Assembly: GCA_963807605.1 (NCBI GenBank)
Contig: CAWECG010000003.1
Location: 864,001-928,000 of the forward strand
Source of the DNA: Candidatus Bathyarchaeota archaeon
GTDB taxonomy: Archaea; Thermoproteota; Bathyarchaeia; 40CM-2-53-6; RBG-13-38-9
DNA: 64,000 nt
Direction: 5' to 3'
Made by a program: the position numbers and the translations under genes. The notes beneath the pieces are model-generated. The model was not told the DNA's origin. It did no database searches and was given only the letters and a program-made list of their open reading frames with translations. Positions 19,951 through 31,033 of the stretch are shown here, piece by piece; the first letter of the stretch is position 1, and the number at the start of each line of letters is the position of its first letter.

Positions 19951-21381
19951 TTGAAATTGGAAGATATTGCAGAATTTGCTGTCAACTATGCTGGAAGCTT
20001 GGGCTCATCGTATGCTGAAGCTAGGGTCCGGAAGGAGATAAGTAACACAAGTATCATCAAAAATGGGACCCCCCAATTCTCTGGTTTCATGAGAGAACTG
20101 GGAATTGGCATCAGATTGATCATTAATGGTGGACTTGGTTTTGCTTCAACAAATGAACTTAGCCACAGTAGCATCACTGAGACCATTTTGTCAGCGGCCA
20201 CTATGGCTCGAGTTTGTACAGATACACTGAGAACCCCGGTTCTATTGTCTAAGGTGGAAGTTAATCGGGATAGCTGGGAGGTCGGTCAGAAACAGAAATT
20301 TGGATCCGTTAGTACAGAAGATGAGCTTAGACTTCTTCTGGAGGTGGACAAGTCCTTCAAGGCTCAGAAGGATGTCAAGTTTCCCTCAAGAATTCTCTCC
20401 TTAAACAAAACTATTACAGAGCAGAGGTTCCTGAACACTGAAGGTACATCAATACTGTCAAAGATTCCTAGAATCGCCTTTTTTTACGTAACAACAGCAT
20501 ACAGCCCAAGCAAAGGTACAGTCCAACGGTTCAACCAGATAGGAGAAAGTGGCGGTTGGGAGGCAGTCTCATCTTGGAGACTAACTGAATTTGTTTCAAA
20601 AGAAGCCAAAATTCTGGCCTCAATCTTAACCAAGGGAAAACGTCCTCCCAAAGGTCACCTTGATGTAATCCTAGGCAGTGAAGTAGTAGGAATAGTATGT
20701 CATGAATCATGTGGCCACCCGTTCGAAGCTGATCGCATTCTTGGAAGAGAAGCAGCTGCCGCTGGCGAGTCATTTGTGAATATAGACACGTTAGGAAAGA
20801 GGATTGGTAGTCCCAAAGTAACTGTAATTGACGATCCTACAGTACCAAGATCCTATGGTTACTATCTTTATGACGATGAAGGTGTCAGGGCTTCACGCCG
20901 TGAACTGATAAAGGATGGGATAGTGAATAATTTCTTACACAACAGAGAGACCGCTGCAGAACTAGGGATCAAGAGCAATGGAGCAGCTCGATCAGTCTCT
21001 TACAGTCGAGAGCCATTAATCAGAATGTCAAACACCTACATGGAAAGAGGTGACTATAGTCTTCAAGAACTCATGGAAGATGTCTCGAAAGGAATTTACA
21101 TCAAGAGCTTTATGGAGTGGAATATAGACGATCGAAGATTCCGTCAACGTTATGTCGGTTTGGAAGCTTATTCAATAAACAAAGGCGAGTGCACACAACT
21201 AATACGCAATCCAGTTCTTGAGATGACTACGCCTGCTCTCTTTAGAAGTGTTAATGCAGTCGGGAAGGATGTGTCTTTCAGCGCTGCGACATGTGGAAAA
21301 GGAGATCCGCAGCAAGGAGCACCTGTCTGGACGGGTGGACCTGACATTAGGTTGAGAAAAATAATGTTACGAGGTTCCTAA
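19951..21381 (+). CDS. tldD: TldD family metalloprotease
   Basis: HESCGH, DDEGV, RMSNT and CGKG. Confidence 0.92.
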   Translation: MKLEDIAEFAVNYAGSLGSSYAEARVRKEISNTSIIKNGTPQFSGFMRELGIGIRLIINGGLGFASTNELSHSSITETILSAATMARVCTDTLRTPVLLSKVEVNRDSWEVGQKQKFGSVSTEDELRLLLEVDKSFKAQKDVKFPSRILSLNKTITEQRFLNTEGTSILSKIPRIAFFYVTTAYSPSKGTVQRFNQIGESGGWEAVSSWRLTEFVSKEAKILASILTKGKRPPKGHLDVILGSEVVGIVCHESCGHPFEADRILGREAAAAGESFVNIDTLGKRIGSPKVTVIDDPTVPRSYGYYLYDDEGVRASRRELIKDGIVNNFLHNRETAAELGIKSNGAARSVSYSREPLIRMSNTYMERGDYSLQELMEDVSKGIYIKSFMEWNIDDRRFRQRYVGLEAYSINKGECTQLIRNPVLEMTTPALFRSVNAVGKDVSFSAATCGKGDPQQGAPVWTGGPDIRLRKIMLRGS

Positions 21382-21382
21382 T

Positions 21383-22708
21383 ATGCGACCAACAGACTTC
21401 GCTTCATTGGCAGTCAAAGAAGGAAGAAGAGGCGGAGCAGATGATGTAGCAGCTACGTGCGTCAGGGAAGACGTGAAGATGATAAGGTTCTCAAATAACC
21501 AAGTCACAGTTAACCAAGCTTGGCATTCATGTATAACGAATGTCATGGTTGCAGTAAGAAAAAGAGTTGGAATAGGAAGTATAGAAGATCTTTCTAGAGG
21601 TTCCATCAAGCACTCTGTAGCAGAGCTACTCAAGTTGGCCAACGCAAGTAGACCAAACAAGGATTATGCTCGTCTTCCTCGAGGGCCATTCAAGTACACA
21701 CCCTTCCAAGTCAGTCTCGGTTCCATAAAGAGTTCTGATCTGATCGCGTATGTCAAAGCTGCTATTTCAGGTGCCATTTCAAATGGTGCAGAGAGAGTCG
21801 CAGGTGCACTAATACTCAGAAAGATGGATACTGAAATAGAAACATCTGCCGCTGTATCAGGCCACGATTCCTTATCATCTCTTGAGATATCTGTTAGGGC
21901 ATTTTCTGATAATGAAGCGTCAGGTCAAGCCAACTCATGTTCAAGGATAGAGAAAGACTTTCTTCCCGAACAGGCAGGTCAAGCAGCAGCCGAAGTAGCC
22001 AAGAAAGCAATCAGTCCGGTAGAAGGCAAACCGGGAACGTATCACGTGATTCTGGGGCCAAACGTCGTCGCGAGCTTAATGAACGAGGTGATGAGTGCAG
22101 CATCTGCATTCAATATCGACGCAGGCCTTTCATTCATGACTGATATGCTGGAGAAACGAGTGGCTTCCAATAATCTTACACTCATCGACGATGGAACACT
22201 TCCTGATGGAGTGAATTCAAGAGCGTTTGATGATGAAGGCATCCCAACCAGAAGAACCGCAGTCGTCAAGAAGGGTATCCTGAAAAGTTATCTCCATAAC
22301 TCTTTGACTGCCAAGAAGTTCAACAGTTCAACTACTGGAAATGCCGGCTGGATTTTTCCTCAGCCTTGGAACATAATAGTCGATGGCAGTCAACTTAGTG
22401 AAGAGAAGTTGTTTCAGAGTTTGGATGAGGGCATATACATTACTAACAATTGGTATACACGATTTCAGAATTACAGAACGGGAGACTTCTCAACTGTTTG
22501 TAGGGATGGCTTGTTCATGATCAGACACGGGCAAGTAGTTCAGTCTCTAAAAGGGCTGAGGATCAGTGACAGTCTTCCAAAGATCCTGCGAAAAATTGTA
22601 GATGTATCAGACAAACAGTATTGGGTGAAGTGGTGGGAGGTTGAGGTGCCAACTCTAGCTCCTCATATGCTAATTAGAGACGTAAATCTAACAAAGTCGG
22701 TCAGCTAA
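21383..22708 (+). CDS. pmbA: TldE/PmbA family protein
   Basis: FDDEG, TTGNAG, no HExxH; paired with tldD. Confidence 0.88.
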   Translation: MRPTDFASLAVKEGRRGGADDVAATCVREDVKMIRFSNNQVTVNQAWHSCITNVMVAVRKRVGIGSIEDLSRGSIKHSVAELLKLANASRPNKDYARLPRGPFKYTPFQVSLGSIKSSDLIAYVKAAISGAISNGAERVAGALILRKMDTEIETSAAVSGHDSLSSLEISVRAFSDNEASGQANSCSRIEKDFLPEQAGQAAAEVAKKAISPVEGKPGTYHVILGPNVVASLMNEVMSAASAFNIDAGLSFMTDMLEKRVASNNLTLIDDGTLPDGVNSRAFDDEGIPTRRTAVVKKGILKSYLHNSLTAKKFNSSTTGNAGWIFPQPWNIIVDGSQLSEEKLFQSLDEGIYITNNWYTRFQNYRTGDFSTVCRDGLFMIRHGQVVQSLKGLRISDSLPKILRKIVDVSDKQYWVKWWEVEVPTLAPHMLIRDVNLTKSVS

Positions 22709-22730
22709 GCATTCGGGATAGTTCCTCAGG

Positions 22731-22847
22731 CGCCGGGGAGGGGACTTGAACCCCTGCTCTCCTAGTGGAGAACCGGATGTGTTGACTTTTCGTTCTCGAG
22801 TCCGGCGCATTGGCCCACTTTATGTTTTGCCACTCTGCCACCCCGGC
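22731..22847 (-). tRNA. tRNA-Ser(CGA) with two introns (D-loop ~22810-22825; anticodon 37/38 at 22779-22794)
   Basis: Acceptor GCCGGGG/CCCCGGC, anticodon stem CCGGA/TCCGG, long variable arm, GTTCAAGT T-loop. Confidence 0.88.
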
Positions 22848-22902
22848 CAAACAATACCTAGCGTTGCGGCATTAAATTACTTTTCAGTCGTCCTACTCAC
22901 TG

Positions 22903-23355
22903 TTACTGGCTGATCTTTACGACCATACCATTATCCAGTTTTATGATATCTTGGATCCGCAATTCTAGTAGTCTATTACGAGATCCTCCACCGCAGTATA
23001 CAGTTTCGTAATCGAGCAGCTTACTATCTATGATAGTTCTCATTCGTGTTTTGTGGCCAACCGATGGGGTGCCCCCAGGTGCATAGCCACTTATTCGCTC
23101 CGCTTTCTCGAAACGAACTAGTTCTACTTTCTTTGCACCGATAGCCTTGGCGGCCTCGTTTAGGTTAACCTTCCTATCTCCTGGCACGATGAGTAAGATA
23201 TACTCGCCGGCTTCGGTTACTGAGACAAGATTCTTTGTCACTCTGTTAAGCGCTATTCCCGTAGCCTTAGCTGCGTCAGCTGTATGTATTGTCTCAACTT
23301 TCTCTACGAAACGGTACCATACGTTATTCTCCGAGAGGTACTGTTCTAGGCTCAA
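22903..23355 (-). CDS. YbaK/EbsC aminoacyl-tRNA deacylase
   Basis: VTKNL, SGYAPGGTPS and VYCGGG. Confidence 0.9.
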   Translation of the reverse strand: MSLEQYLSENNVWYRFVEKVETIHTADAAKATGIALNRVTKNLVSVTEAGEYILLIVPGDRKVNLNEAAKAIGAKKVELVRFEKAERISGYAPGGTPSVGHKTRMRTIIDSKLLDYETVYCGGGSRNRLLELRIQDIIKLDNGMVVKISQ

Positions 23356-23771
23356 TTCAACATCACAATCATGTACTTTATCATATATGTGTAAAAAATC
23401 GTTGCAGTCACATACCTTTAGGGAGTCTTACTTTAGTCAAAACTGTAAAAACCGCACATATTTACTAGGGACCTGTCTAATACAAATCTCTGTCAATTCA
23501 GACCAGTATTCAACCTATAGATAGACACATTATATTAAGAAGATTGTTTTCTTCTTCATCGTTTGCAAAGGCTATGCCAATATCATATCTTTTCATTGGA
23601 TATCACACCATGCCCTATCGACTAATAGGATGGGAATAAATGGCTTGTGATGACAATGATTCCTTAACTTAGTGTCTTAACGAGTCAATACCTGCTTAGC
23701 CTTTTCTTGGTGGCTGGAGGCAAAGAGAAGACTTCAATACTTCTTTTGATATCATTAGTGTTGATGCAGTC

Positions 23772-24188
23772 ATGATGAAGAAGCTTCTGGTACCGATTGA
23801 CGGTTCCAAAAGTGCCGACGAAGCAATAAGATATGCATGCACTATCGCTAAGAAGTTCAATTCAGAGATGACATTACTTTGTGTCATTCCTCCACCAATA
23901 ATACTAGGCGTTGAGGCGGGAATCATTGACTACAGACCACTTGAAGAATCAGGGCGCAAAGTACTTGAAAATACGAAGAAGATGGTCGATTCTGCAGAAT
24001 TAAGAGCTTCAACGAGACTCGAGACTGGGCAAGTTGCCGACACAATAATTAATGTCGCCAAAGAAGAAGGAAGTGATTTAATCGTTATCGGTAGTCGCGG
24101 CTTAAGTGGAGCGAAGCGATTTCTTCTTGGCAGTATTAGCAATAGTGTAAGTCATCATGCACCGTGTCCAGTTCTCATAGTGCGGTAA
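23772..24188 (+). CDS. uspA: Universal stress protein
   Basis: LVPIDGS, IVIGSRG and LGSIS...HAPCPVLIV. Confidence 0.95.
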   Translation: MMKKLLVPIDGSKSADEAIRYACTIAKKFNSEMTLLCVIPPPIILGVEAGIIDYRPLEESGRKVLENTKKMVDSAELRASTRLETGQVADTIINVAKEEGSDLIVIGSRGLSGAKRFLLGSISNSVSHHAPCPVLIVR

Positions 24189-24352
24189 GTCAAGAGTTCC
24201 TCAAGAGAAGTGTACGCGCGTCAAACGTTGGAATGCGAGAACACCGCCTATGTAATCAAAGATTTCGAATGAGGTGCCTAAATCACCTAAAATTCACATC
24301 TTTATGTTCAGATAGGGAGGATCAATAACCGCACGGCATTGGAGATTAATGC

Positions 24353-27205
24353 ATGACTGAGAGCATATTTCAACTCTTGCAAGAGCCTGTCAGGCGCCAG
24401 ATTGAAAGGCAGGGGATAACAGAGGCCAGCGGCATTCAGAAGCTTGCAATTCCGCCGATATTGAAAGGACACAATGTCCTTCTGATCGCTCCTACCGGAA
24501 CAGGAAAGACTCTAGCTGCCGTACTTCCAATACTCGATCTCTACATCTCTTCCAGAAGAACACAACAATCCAAAGGAATAAAAATACTATACATCACGCC
24601 TCTCAGAGCCCTCAACCGTGACCTTCTAAGAAGACTTCTGGAAAGCGGAAAGGATCTTGGAATCGACATACAAGTTAGACATGGGGATACACCAAGAAAT
24701 GTAAGAACAAAACAGGCAAGAACTCCACCAGACATGCTAATAACGACCCCTGAGACTCTCCAAGCGATTCTCCCAGGAAAAAGGATGAGAGAGCACCTCA
24801 AGCATGTAAGATGGCTGATAATAGACGAGATTCACGAGCTAGCGACCGACAAAAGGGGTGCCCAGCTCTCAATAGGCCTAGAAAGACTAAGAAGGCTCGC
24901 TGGTCGAGAATTCCAGCGTGTAGGACTCTCGGCAACAGTAGGTGAGACTGAAAAGATAGCCAAGTTTCTTGCTGGATCAGCAGACAATGTTAACGTAATC
25001 AAATCGACTGACCTGAGAGGCCTAGATGCCACAGTTGAGTCTGTCAATCTGACTAAGAAGGATTATGAAGAGGCTAGGAGACTGGGCATTCCACCAGCAG
25101 CTGTAAGTCGGGCCAGAAGAATATGCGAACTTCTTTCTGAACAACGATCCACCCTTGTATTCACAAATACACGGGAACATGCCGAAGCCTTGGGCTCACA
25201 GATAAATGCAATTGGGTGTAAGAATTCGGTTAAGGTTCACCACGGATCACTTTCCAGAGAGATAAGAGAAGAGGTTGAGGCTGAATTCCAAGCGGGCACT
25301 GTAAAAGGTGTCATATGTACTTCATCTCTTGAACTCGGAATAGACATTGGGACAGTCGATCTGGTAATCCAGTATATGTCACCCAGAGAAGCCACAAGGC
25401 TCATCCAGAGAATAGGGAGAAGTGGGCACCAGATCAAATCGTTACCTCATGGTCGGATAATAGCAGCGTGGACCGATGATATACTTGAGTCAGCCGTACT
25501 GTTGAAACACGCCAAGGATGAGCAACTTGAGAAGGTCAAGATTCATGAGAATGCTTTGGATGTGCTTGCTCACCAAGTGGTAGGTATACTCTTAGACGCA
25601 AGGAAAGTAGTTCTTGAAGAAGCCTACCAGATCATAAGGGGGGCTTATCCCTACAGGAATATCGATCCTGAAACTTTCCATAGTGTCATCAAGCAACTCC
25701 AACAACAGCGAATATTGAACTTAAAAGAAGAAATGTTATTTCCCAGGTTTCCTAGCGCACATAGATACTATTACGAGAATCTCTCAGTAATTCCAGATGT
25801 TAAGAAGTATACCGTATTTGACTTCACATTAAAGAGACGCCTTGGAACGCTTGATCAGGAGTTTGTGGCGAGGCGATGTCGTGCAGGCACCGAATTCATT
25901 ATGCATGGCAACACTTGGCGAATAATAAGCGTTGATGATGAGAAGCTGATTGTAGAGGTTGAAGCTGCGGCTGCGAGTCTTAAAGCGATACCTAGCTGGG
26001 AAGGGGAGATAATTCCAGTAGAGTACGATGTCGCTTTCGAGGTAGGGCGTCTAAGAGAAACCTTCTCACAAACAACAACGGGAAGTCAAGAATTATTGAG
26101 TCTTTCGCAAACACTGCATATTGATTATATAGCGGCTACAAAGATTCTGGAAACTGTTGAAACGCACCTCCGGGATTATCCTTTACCAACAAATACTCAA
26201 ATGGTTGTGGAGCGTTTCGAGAATTGTATTATAATTCATGCATGCTTTGGTAACTTGGTTAATGAAACCCTTGCCCTGATTCTGGCCACATTACTGCAGG
26301 CGAAGTTTGGAATAAACATCGTCACCCAAGTAGACTCCTACAGGATTGCACTAGTGACACCACTTAAAATGAATCCCAAAACCGTTGGGGATGAACTATC
26401 AAAACTGAGACCTGACGAGATTACTACAATAGTAAGAAGTGCCGTTGAGAACACAGAGTTCTTCGCTTGGAGACACTGGCACATCGCGAAGAGATTCGGA
26501 GCAGTTGAGGCAAAGGCAGATTACAAGTTGCGAAGAGCAAAACTTCTTGTGGAGATATTCCGTGGGACTCCACTGAGTGAGGAGACTCTACGTGAGATAT
26601 GCCTAGAGAAGATGGATGTCGGAAATGCAGTTAAGGTTATTCAAAAGCTCATCTCTGGAGATATAAAGATCGAGTTGGTAGAACAGAAAGGAATGAGTTG
26701 TTCACCTTTTGCTTTACCGATAGTCGACAAGATTGTTCCCCATAACCTCTTGAGACCCGCGGTACCTACTCAATCTCTAGCAGACATAATAAAAGAGAGG
26801 CTCATGTCAACCAACGTAAGGTTGGTGTGCATCTTCAATGCCGATTGGGAAAGCGTAAGAGGTGTAAAAACTCTACCTGAGACTATAAGTTGTCCAAAGT
26901 GTAGGTCAACACTGATAGCAGCCGTATACCAAGGAGATCAAGAATTACTGCCCATAGCTATCAAAAAGAAGAATCATGTCATATTAACCCACGAAGAAGA
27001 GGAGCGTTGGAGAAGAGCTTGGAGATCTGCTAGTTTAGTTCAAACCGCCGGAAGAAAGGCTGTTGTGACTATGGCTGCGAGGGGGGTTGGGCCTATGACA
27101 GCTGCGCGTATACTAAGACATTACGTGCGAAGTGAAGTTGAGTTCTATTCAGAGATTCTTAAGGCTGAGAGAGAATACCAACGTACTAGGCTTTTCTGGG
27201 ACTAA
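24353..27205 (+). CDS. lhr: Lhr-like SF2 helicase
   Basis: APTGTGKT, DEIH, GLSAT, HHGSL, LELGIDIG, QRIGRSGH, IPSWEGE and a C-terminal Zn finger. Confidence 0.93.
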   Translation: MTESIFQLLQEPVRRQIERQGITEASGIQKLAIPPILKGHNVLLIAPTGTGKTLAAVLPILDLYISSRRTQQSKGIKILYITPLRALNRDLLRRLLESGKDLGIDIQVRHGDTPRNVRTKQARTPPDMLITTPETLQAILPGKRMREHLKHVRWLIIDEIHELATDKRGAQLSIGLERLRRLAGREFQRVGLSATVGETEKIAKFLAGSADNVNVIKSTDLRGLDATVESVNLTKKDYEEARRLGIPPAAVSRARRICELLSEQRSTLVFTNTREHAEALGSQINAIGCKNSVKVHHGSLSREIREEVEAEFQAGTVKGVICTSSLELGIDIGTVDLVIQYMSPREATRLIQRIGRSGHQIKSLPHGRIIAAWTDDILESAVLLKHAKDEQLEKVKIHENALDVLAHQVVGILLDARKVVLEEAYQIIRGAYPYRNIDPETFHSVIKQLQQQRILNLKEEMLFPRFPSAHRYYYENLSVIPDVKKYTVFDFTLKRRLGTLDQEFVARRCRAGTEFIMHGNTWRIISVDDEKLIVEVEAAAASLKAIPSWEGEIIPVEYDVAFEVGRLRETFSQTTTGSQELLSLSQTLHIDYIAATKILETVETHLRDYPLPTNTQMVVERFENCIIIHACFGNLVNETLALILATLLQAKFGINIVTQVDSYRIALVTPLKMNPKTVGDELSKLRPDEITTIVRSAVENTEFFAWRHWHIAKRFGAVEAKADYKLRRAKLLVEIFRGTPLSEETLREICLEKMDVGNAVKVIQKLISGDIKIELVEQKGMSCSPFALPIVDKIVPHNLLRPAVPTQSLADIIKERLMSTNVRLVCIFNADWESVRGVKTLPETISCPKCRSTLIAAVYQGDQELLPIAIKKKNHVILTHEEEERWRRAWRSASLVQTAGRKAVVTMAARGVGPMTAARILRHYVRSEVEFYSEILKAEREYQRTRLFWD

Positions 27206-27254
27206 TCAACTCACTTTCATAATGATAACATTACATGGGACTTAGATCTTGTCC

Positions 27255-27370
27255 ATAACGAGTTTGATGTATCATCCAGATTATGTCAAGCACGAACTAG
27301 GATAAGATCAGCCAAGAAAGCCAGAAAGAGTCAGCAAAACTATTGAACACGTCAAAAGGAACCAAGAAGT
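27255..27370 (+). pseudogene. N-terminal remnant of a histone-deacetylase-family gene
   Basis: Translates as ITSLMYHPDYVKHELG*DQPRKPERVSKTIEHVK, resembling the HDAC/AcuC YHPDY..H...HPE.PER start. Confidence 0.5.
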
Positions 27371-27451
27371 TGAAGAACAAATTAAGAAATCTGAATCCGT
27401 TCTCAGTGACTATTGGCAAATTTTCAAGATGCCCATCGTGGAATCGGTATT

Positions 27452-29002
27452 ATGAACCTTGAGAGTATAATAAAGAGGATGTTGGAGCACAGGAAAGACC
27501 TCAGAAGGGAGAAATTACTAGAGCTAATAGAAAAAAAGAAGGTCGAAGCGCAAGGCTTACTTTCTGATGAGGGAGCCGCGAGACTCGTAGCTCAAGATTT
27601 ACTGATTAAGTTAAATGGGAGAAGCTTCAGCGAAGTCAAGATAGCAGACCTTGTAACTAACTTGAATGATGTAACACTAACCAGTAGAGTGATCGCACAA
27701 TGGCCTCTTCAGGAGTTCCAAAAGAAGGACGGAACTCTTGGGAAGCTACTCAGAGTAGTCCTAGCGGACAAAACTGGCACAATAAAATGCGCGTTATGGA
27801 ATAGCAGGGCTGAGCAGATCGCAACCGTAGGTGAGCTTCAAGGGAGAATAGTTCGGATAGCACACGGATACACCCGTGAGGGTCTACTTGGTGCACCTGA
27901 ACTCAATGGAGGAGATAGGTGCGATATCACGATAATGCCCTCAGATTCAGAGGAAGATTACCCTGACGTTTCTGGATTCTTCAGAGGTCTTCATGATATA
28001 AAGTTGGGCGACGGAGACATTAACGTTGTTGGAGTAGTCGATCTGCCCCCTAAGATAACGACATTCCGAAGGAATGAACAGGAAGGAAGTGTGCTTAGGA
28101 CAGTCCTCAAAGATGAGGCTGGAACAATCAATGTGGTTGCTTGGAATGACCAAGTGCAAAGCTTGGTCAAACTCAAAAAAGGCGACATCCTTCAGATCGT
28201 AAGTGGTCGGGTAAAGGCGGGTTTGTCCGGATCCCCAGAAGTACACTTAAGGAATGGAAGCGTAGTAAATGTATTGAAAGAGAAACCGCCATTTCTCAAA
28301 GTGAAACCGGTAAGATACTGCAAGACCTCGGATCTAAAGCCAAACAGAGATTTATCGCTGCTCGTCAGAGTCCTAAATTTGGGTAAGGTTAGGGAGTTCG
28401 CAAAGACAGATGGTGGAATGAGCCGTTACGGGAGTCTGCTTGTAGGAGACGAGACAGGACTTGTTAGGCTTTTTCTCTGGGATGATAAAACGAAACTCAT
28501 AAGCATGGTACGTATGGGTACTATCCTTCTTGTGGAGGGAGGGCAGGCAAAGGAGAAAGGGGGAGAGATATTTGTCGCCGTTGGTAATTCTGGAAGTCTA
28601 ACGATCGATCCACAGCTGGATGACGCAAGGACACTCAGCTATCCAAAGCAAGTAGCCCTCGGCCAAGCAGACAATTTCTCGAGACCTATCATTATTAAGG
28701 GCACTATTTCCCAAGATGTGGAGCTAAGGAATGTTCAGATTGCAAGCGGTGAAAACATTGAGGTCGCAACTTTGATACTGAGTGATGGTAGTGGTAGGGC
28801 TAGGGTCTCTCTGTGGAGGGAACTTGCTCAAAAGGCCAGCAACTTAAAAACGGGTATGGAGATAAAAATCATTGGCGTACAACCAAGGTCCAGTTTGTCA
28901 GGCGAAGTAATAATGACCTCAAACGATTTGACCTTACTCGAAATCGTTGATCGTGATCATCGGAGCCTAGGCGATGACGGATTGATCAGCCACTACACCT
29001 AG
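27452..29002 (+). CDS. rpa: Replication protein A (multi-OB-fold ssDNA-binding protein)
   Basis: Repeated DxTG.I...W OB folds and N-terminal GLLSDEGAARLVA. Confidence 0.88.
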   Translation: MNLESIIKRMLEHRKDLRREKLLELIEKKKVEAQGLLSDEGAARLVAQDLLIKLNGRSFSEVKIADLVTNLNDVTLTSRVIAQWPLQEFQKKDGTLGKLLRVVLADKTGTIKCALWNSRAEQIATVGELQGRIVRIAHGYTREGLLGAPELNGGDRCDITIMPSDSEEDYPDVSGFFRGLHDIKLGDGDINVVGVVDLPPKITTFRRNEQEGSVLRTVLKDEAGTINVVAWNDQVQSLVKLKKGDILQIVSGRVKAGLSGSPEVHLRNGSVVNVLKEKPPFLKVKPVRYCKTSDLKPNRDLSLLVRVLNLGKVREFAKTDGGMSRYGSLLVGDETGLVRLFLWDDKTKLISMVRMGTILLVEGGQAKEKGGEIFVAVGNSGSLTIDPQLDDARTLSYPKQVALGQADNFSRPIIIKGTISQDVELRNVQIASGENIEVATLILSDGSGRARVSLWRELAQKASNLKTGMEIKIIGVQPRSSLSGEVIMTSNDLTLLEIVDRDHRSLGDDGLISHYT

Positions 29003-29732
29003 CGTTGACCTCTAACCTACCATACACCTCATCATTGCTCCAATATATCTCTCCGGCTCTGCGATGACTCTGATACCAATTACAGCAATGTCCCAGCAGG
29101 CATACTAAACATCGGGGTCTGATAGGTCGACAGACTCTCTGACCGAATTTCACAAACTCTTCGTTCAGGTCCAGCCAGAATCGTTTCTCAACACTTTTAC
29201 GTAGCTCAAATTCGGTCTGTTCAGCGGTCTTTGTCTTAACTATAGCTAGCCGGTTCGCTATTCTGTGTACATGAGTGTCTACTGCAATTGCTGCGATACG
29301 GAAGCCGTAGGTCAGGACACAGTTGGCTGTCTTACGACCAACTGACGGAAGTTCAAGCAACTCGTTAGGATCCCTTGGCACGATGCCTCCGTGTTCCTTC
29401 AAGAGTACCTTCGCAACGGATATTATTGACTTAGCTTTCATATGGTAGAACCCTGAAGAGTGAATTAACTTCTCTACGTGCTTTGCATCTGCATTCGCCA
29501 GACTCTCAACGTCAGGGTAATGGAAAAAGAGTTGATCTGAAGCCCTTCGTGTATTCTCATCCTTTGTTCGTTGTGACAGTATAGTTGTTATCAGAACCTT
29601 GAATGGATCTGCGTCTGATTCTGAAGATACCTCCTGCAGAACCGTGGTTTGCTTCGGCTCTGTCAGGCGATTCATCTTCTGTAGGAGTCTGAAGATTTCC
29701 GAAAAGCTACACCGCAATATGTGGATGCTCAC
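28986..29732 (-). CDS. nth: Endonuclease III
   Basis: ILSQRTKD, HhH LPSVGRKTAN, VDTHVHR and a 4Fe-4S Cys cluster. Confidence 0.93.
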   Translation of the reverse strand: MSIHILRCSFSEIFRLLQKMNRLTEPKQTTVLQEVSSESDADPFKVLITTILSQRTKDENTRRASDQLFFHYPDVESLANADAKHVEKLIHSSGFYHMKAKSIISVAKVLLKEHGGIVPRDPNELLELPSVGRKTANCVLTYGFRIAAIAVDTHVHRIANRLAIVKTKTAEQTEFELRKSVEKRFWLDLNEEFVKFGQRVCRPIRPRCLVCLLGHCCNWYQSHRRAGEIYWSNDEVYGRLEVNARCSG

Positions 29733-30805
29733 CGTTTTAGTTTATAGTCACTTCGAAGCTTCGCAAGAAGATTTGGTCTCTGTGGATACAATCGCTTCAA
29801 CCGTTTCTCCTTTCTTGTTGAGATGATGTACCCAAACAGAATTGGAGCTGCAATAGTTGCATCTGCATAAACAACCACATTATTACTGGATTCATGCGGA
29901 TTGACTTTTCCCCACGATATTGCCTCTTGGAAGGTTGCGCCTGAAAGACCGCCCCACTGCGGAGAAGATGTGGTTATTTGAATTAGAAAGTCTTGACCCC
30001 CTCCCCCAACATCCAAGATCTGCGATAATTGAGGTTGTGTCTGAAGGTAGAAATTCTTGGGTGAACCCCCTCCTATCTCTACACCACCGTTCTTTCTACT
30101 TCCATATACTATTGCAGTCATCTCCATCACATCTAGGTCTGGATCCACTGTGACTGTACCTCCACTCATTTTTGCTGCGCTTAGGTTCATACCTATTGAA
30201 GAATCCCCAGGGGAAGATGTGTAAATTGGAACATCATATTTCACCGCTTGGGCGACTATAGATCTCTGTGGATGTCTTGCTTTATCAATAGCAGTTTCAC
30301 CGATCATTCGGTGGAGTTCTGCTGTTGATAATGGCTTGCTCGGTTTTGATGAGAGGAAAACGTCTCTAAGGAACTTGTCGGTCTCGAGCAGGGCTTCCTC
30401 TGGAATAAATATATCGTAAATTCTTACAATCCCCCTTTCTCTGAGTTGGACATCATTAGCTCTGAAATCTCCTTGGTATACGGGAAGATCAAGTGCGAAA
30501 TGCAAGTTGTGATAGAGATTGGCTCCAGTCGATACTATGAAGTCAATAAAGCCGTACTCCATGAGTTTGATTATCGGGCCACCCATGCCAGCTGGTGCCA
30601 TGGCACCAGCTAACGTTAGCGCGATTGTGGCATCCTCATCGAGCATCTTCTCATACAGTTTACATGCCTCATAGAGTCTACCTGCATTGTAGGCACGGGA
30701 ATCTCCAAACATATTGACTAACTCATCTATCGTCATGTGTGGCGTCAAGTTAAGTGGGAATATTTGTTTGCCTAACATAGAACACCGCCTGATGGTCTTC
30801 TTCAC
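29729..30805 (-). CDS. Deoxyhypusine synthase family protein
   Basis: STGANLYH, GGGSPKN and GGLSGATFQEAISWGK. Confidence 0.9.
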   Translation of the reverse strand: MKKTIRRCSMLGKQIFPLNLTPHMTIDELVNMFGDSRAYNAGRLYEACKLYEKMLDEDATIALTLAGAMAPAGMGGPIIKLMEYGFIDFIVSTGANLYHNLHFALDLPVYQGDFRANDVQLRERGIVRIYDIFIPEEALLETDKFLRDVFLSSKPSKPLSTAELHRMIGETAIDKARHPQRSIVAQAVKYDVPIYTSSPGDSSIGMNLSAAKMSGGTVTVDPDLDVMEMTAIVYGSRKNGGVEIGGGSPKNFYLQTQPQLSQILDVGGGGQDFLIQITTSSPQWGGLSGATFQEAISWGKVNPHESSNNVVVYADATIAAPILFGYIISTRKEKRLKRLYPQRPNLLAKLRSDYKLKR

Positions 30806-31033
30806 TATTCAACTACACCTTTACTATAAATATCTGAAAGGTTGTCTCTTGTCTGCCCGATCCAAACAATGAGGTGGACCAATTTCTGAAGCTCGAACTT
30901 GGAGGGGTGTTATGACGCCAGAGATCTTGTGTCAATTTTGAAAAGAATTCAATGGACCTCATGCAACTCGATGGGAGATTGGAAACAATTAAGTTAGACC
31001 ATCCTCAATGGCCTTAATGGGATGGTGAGAAAG

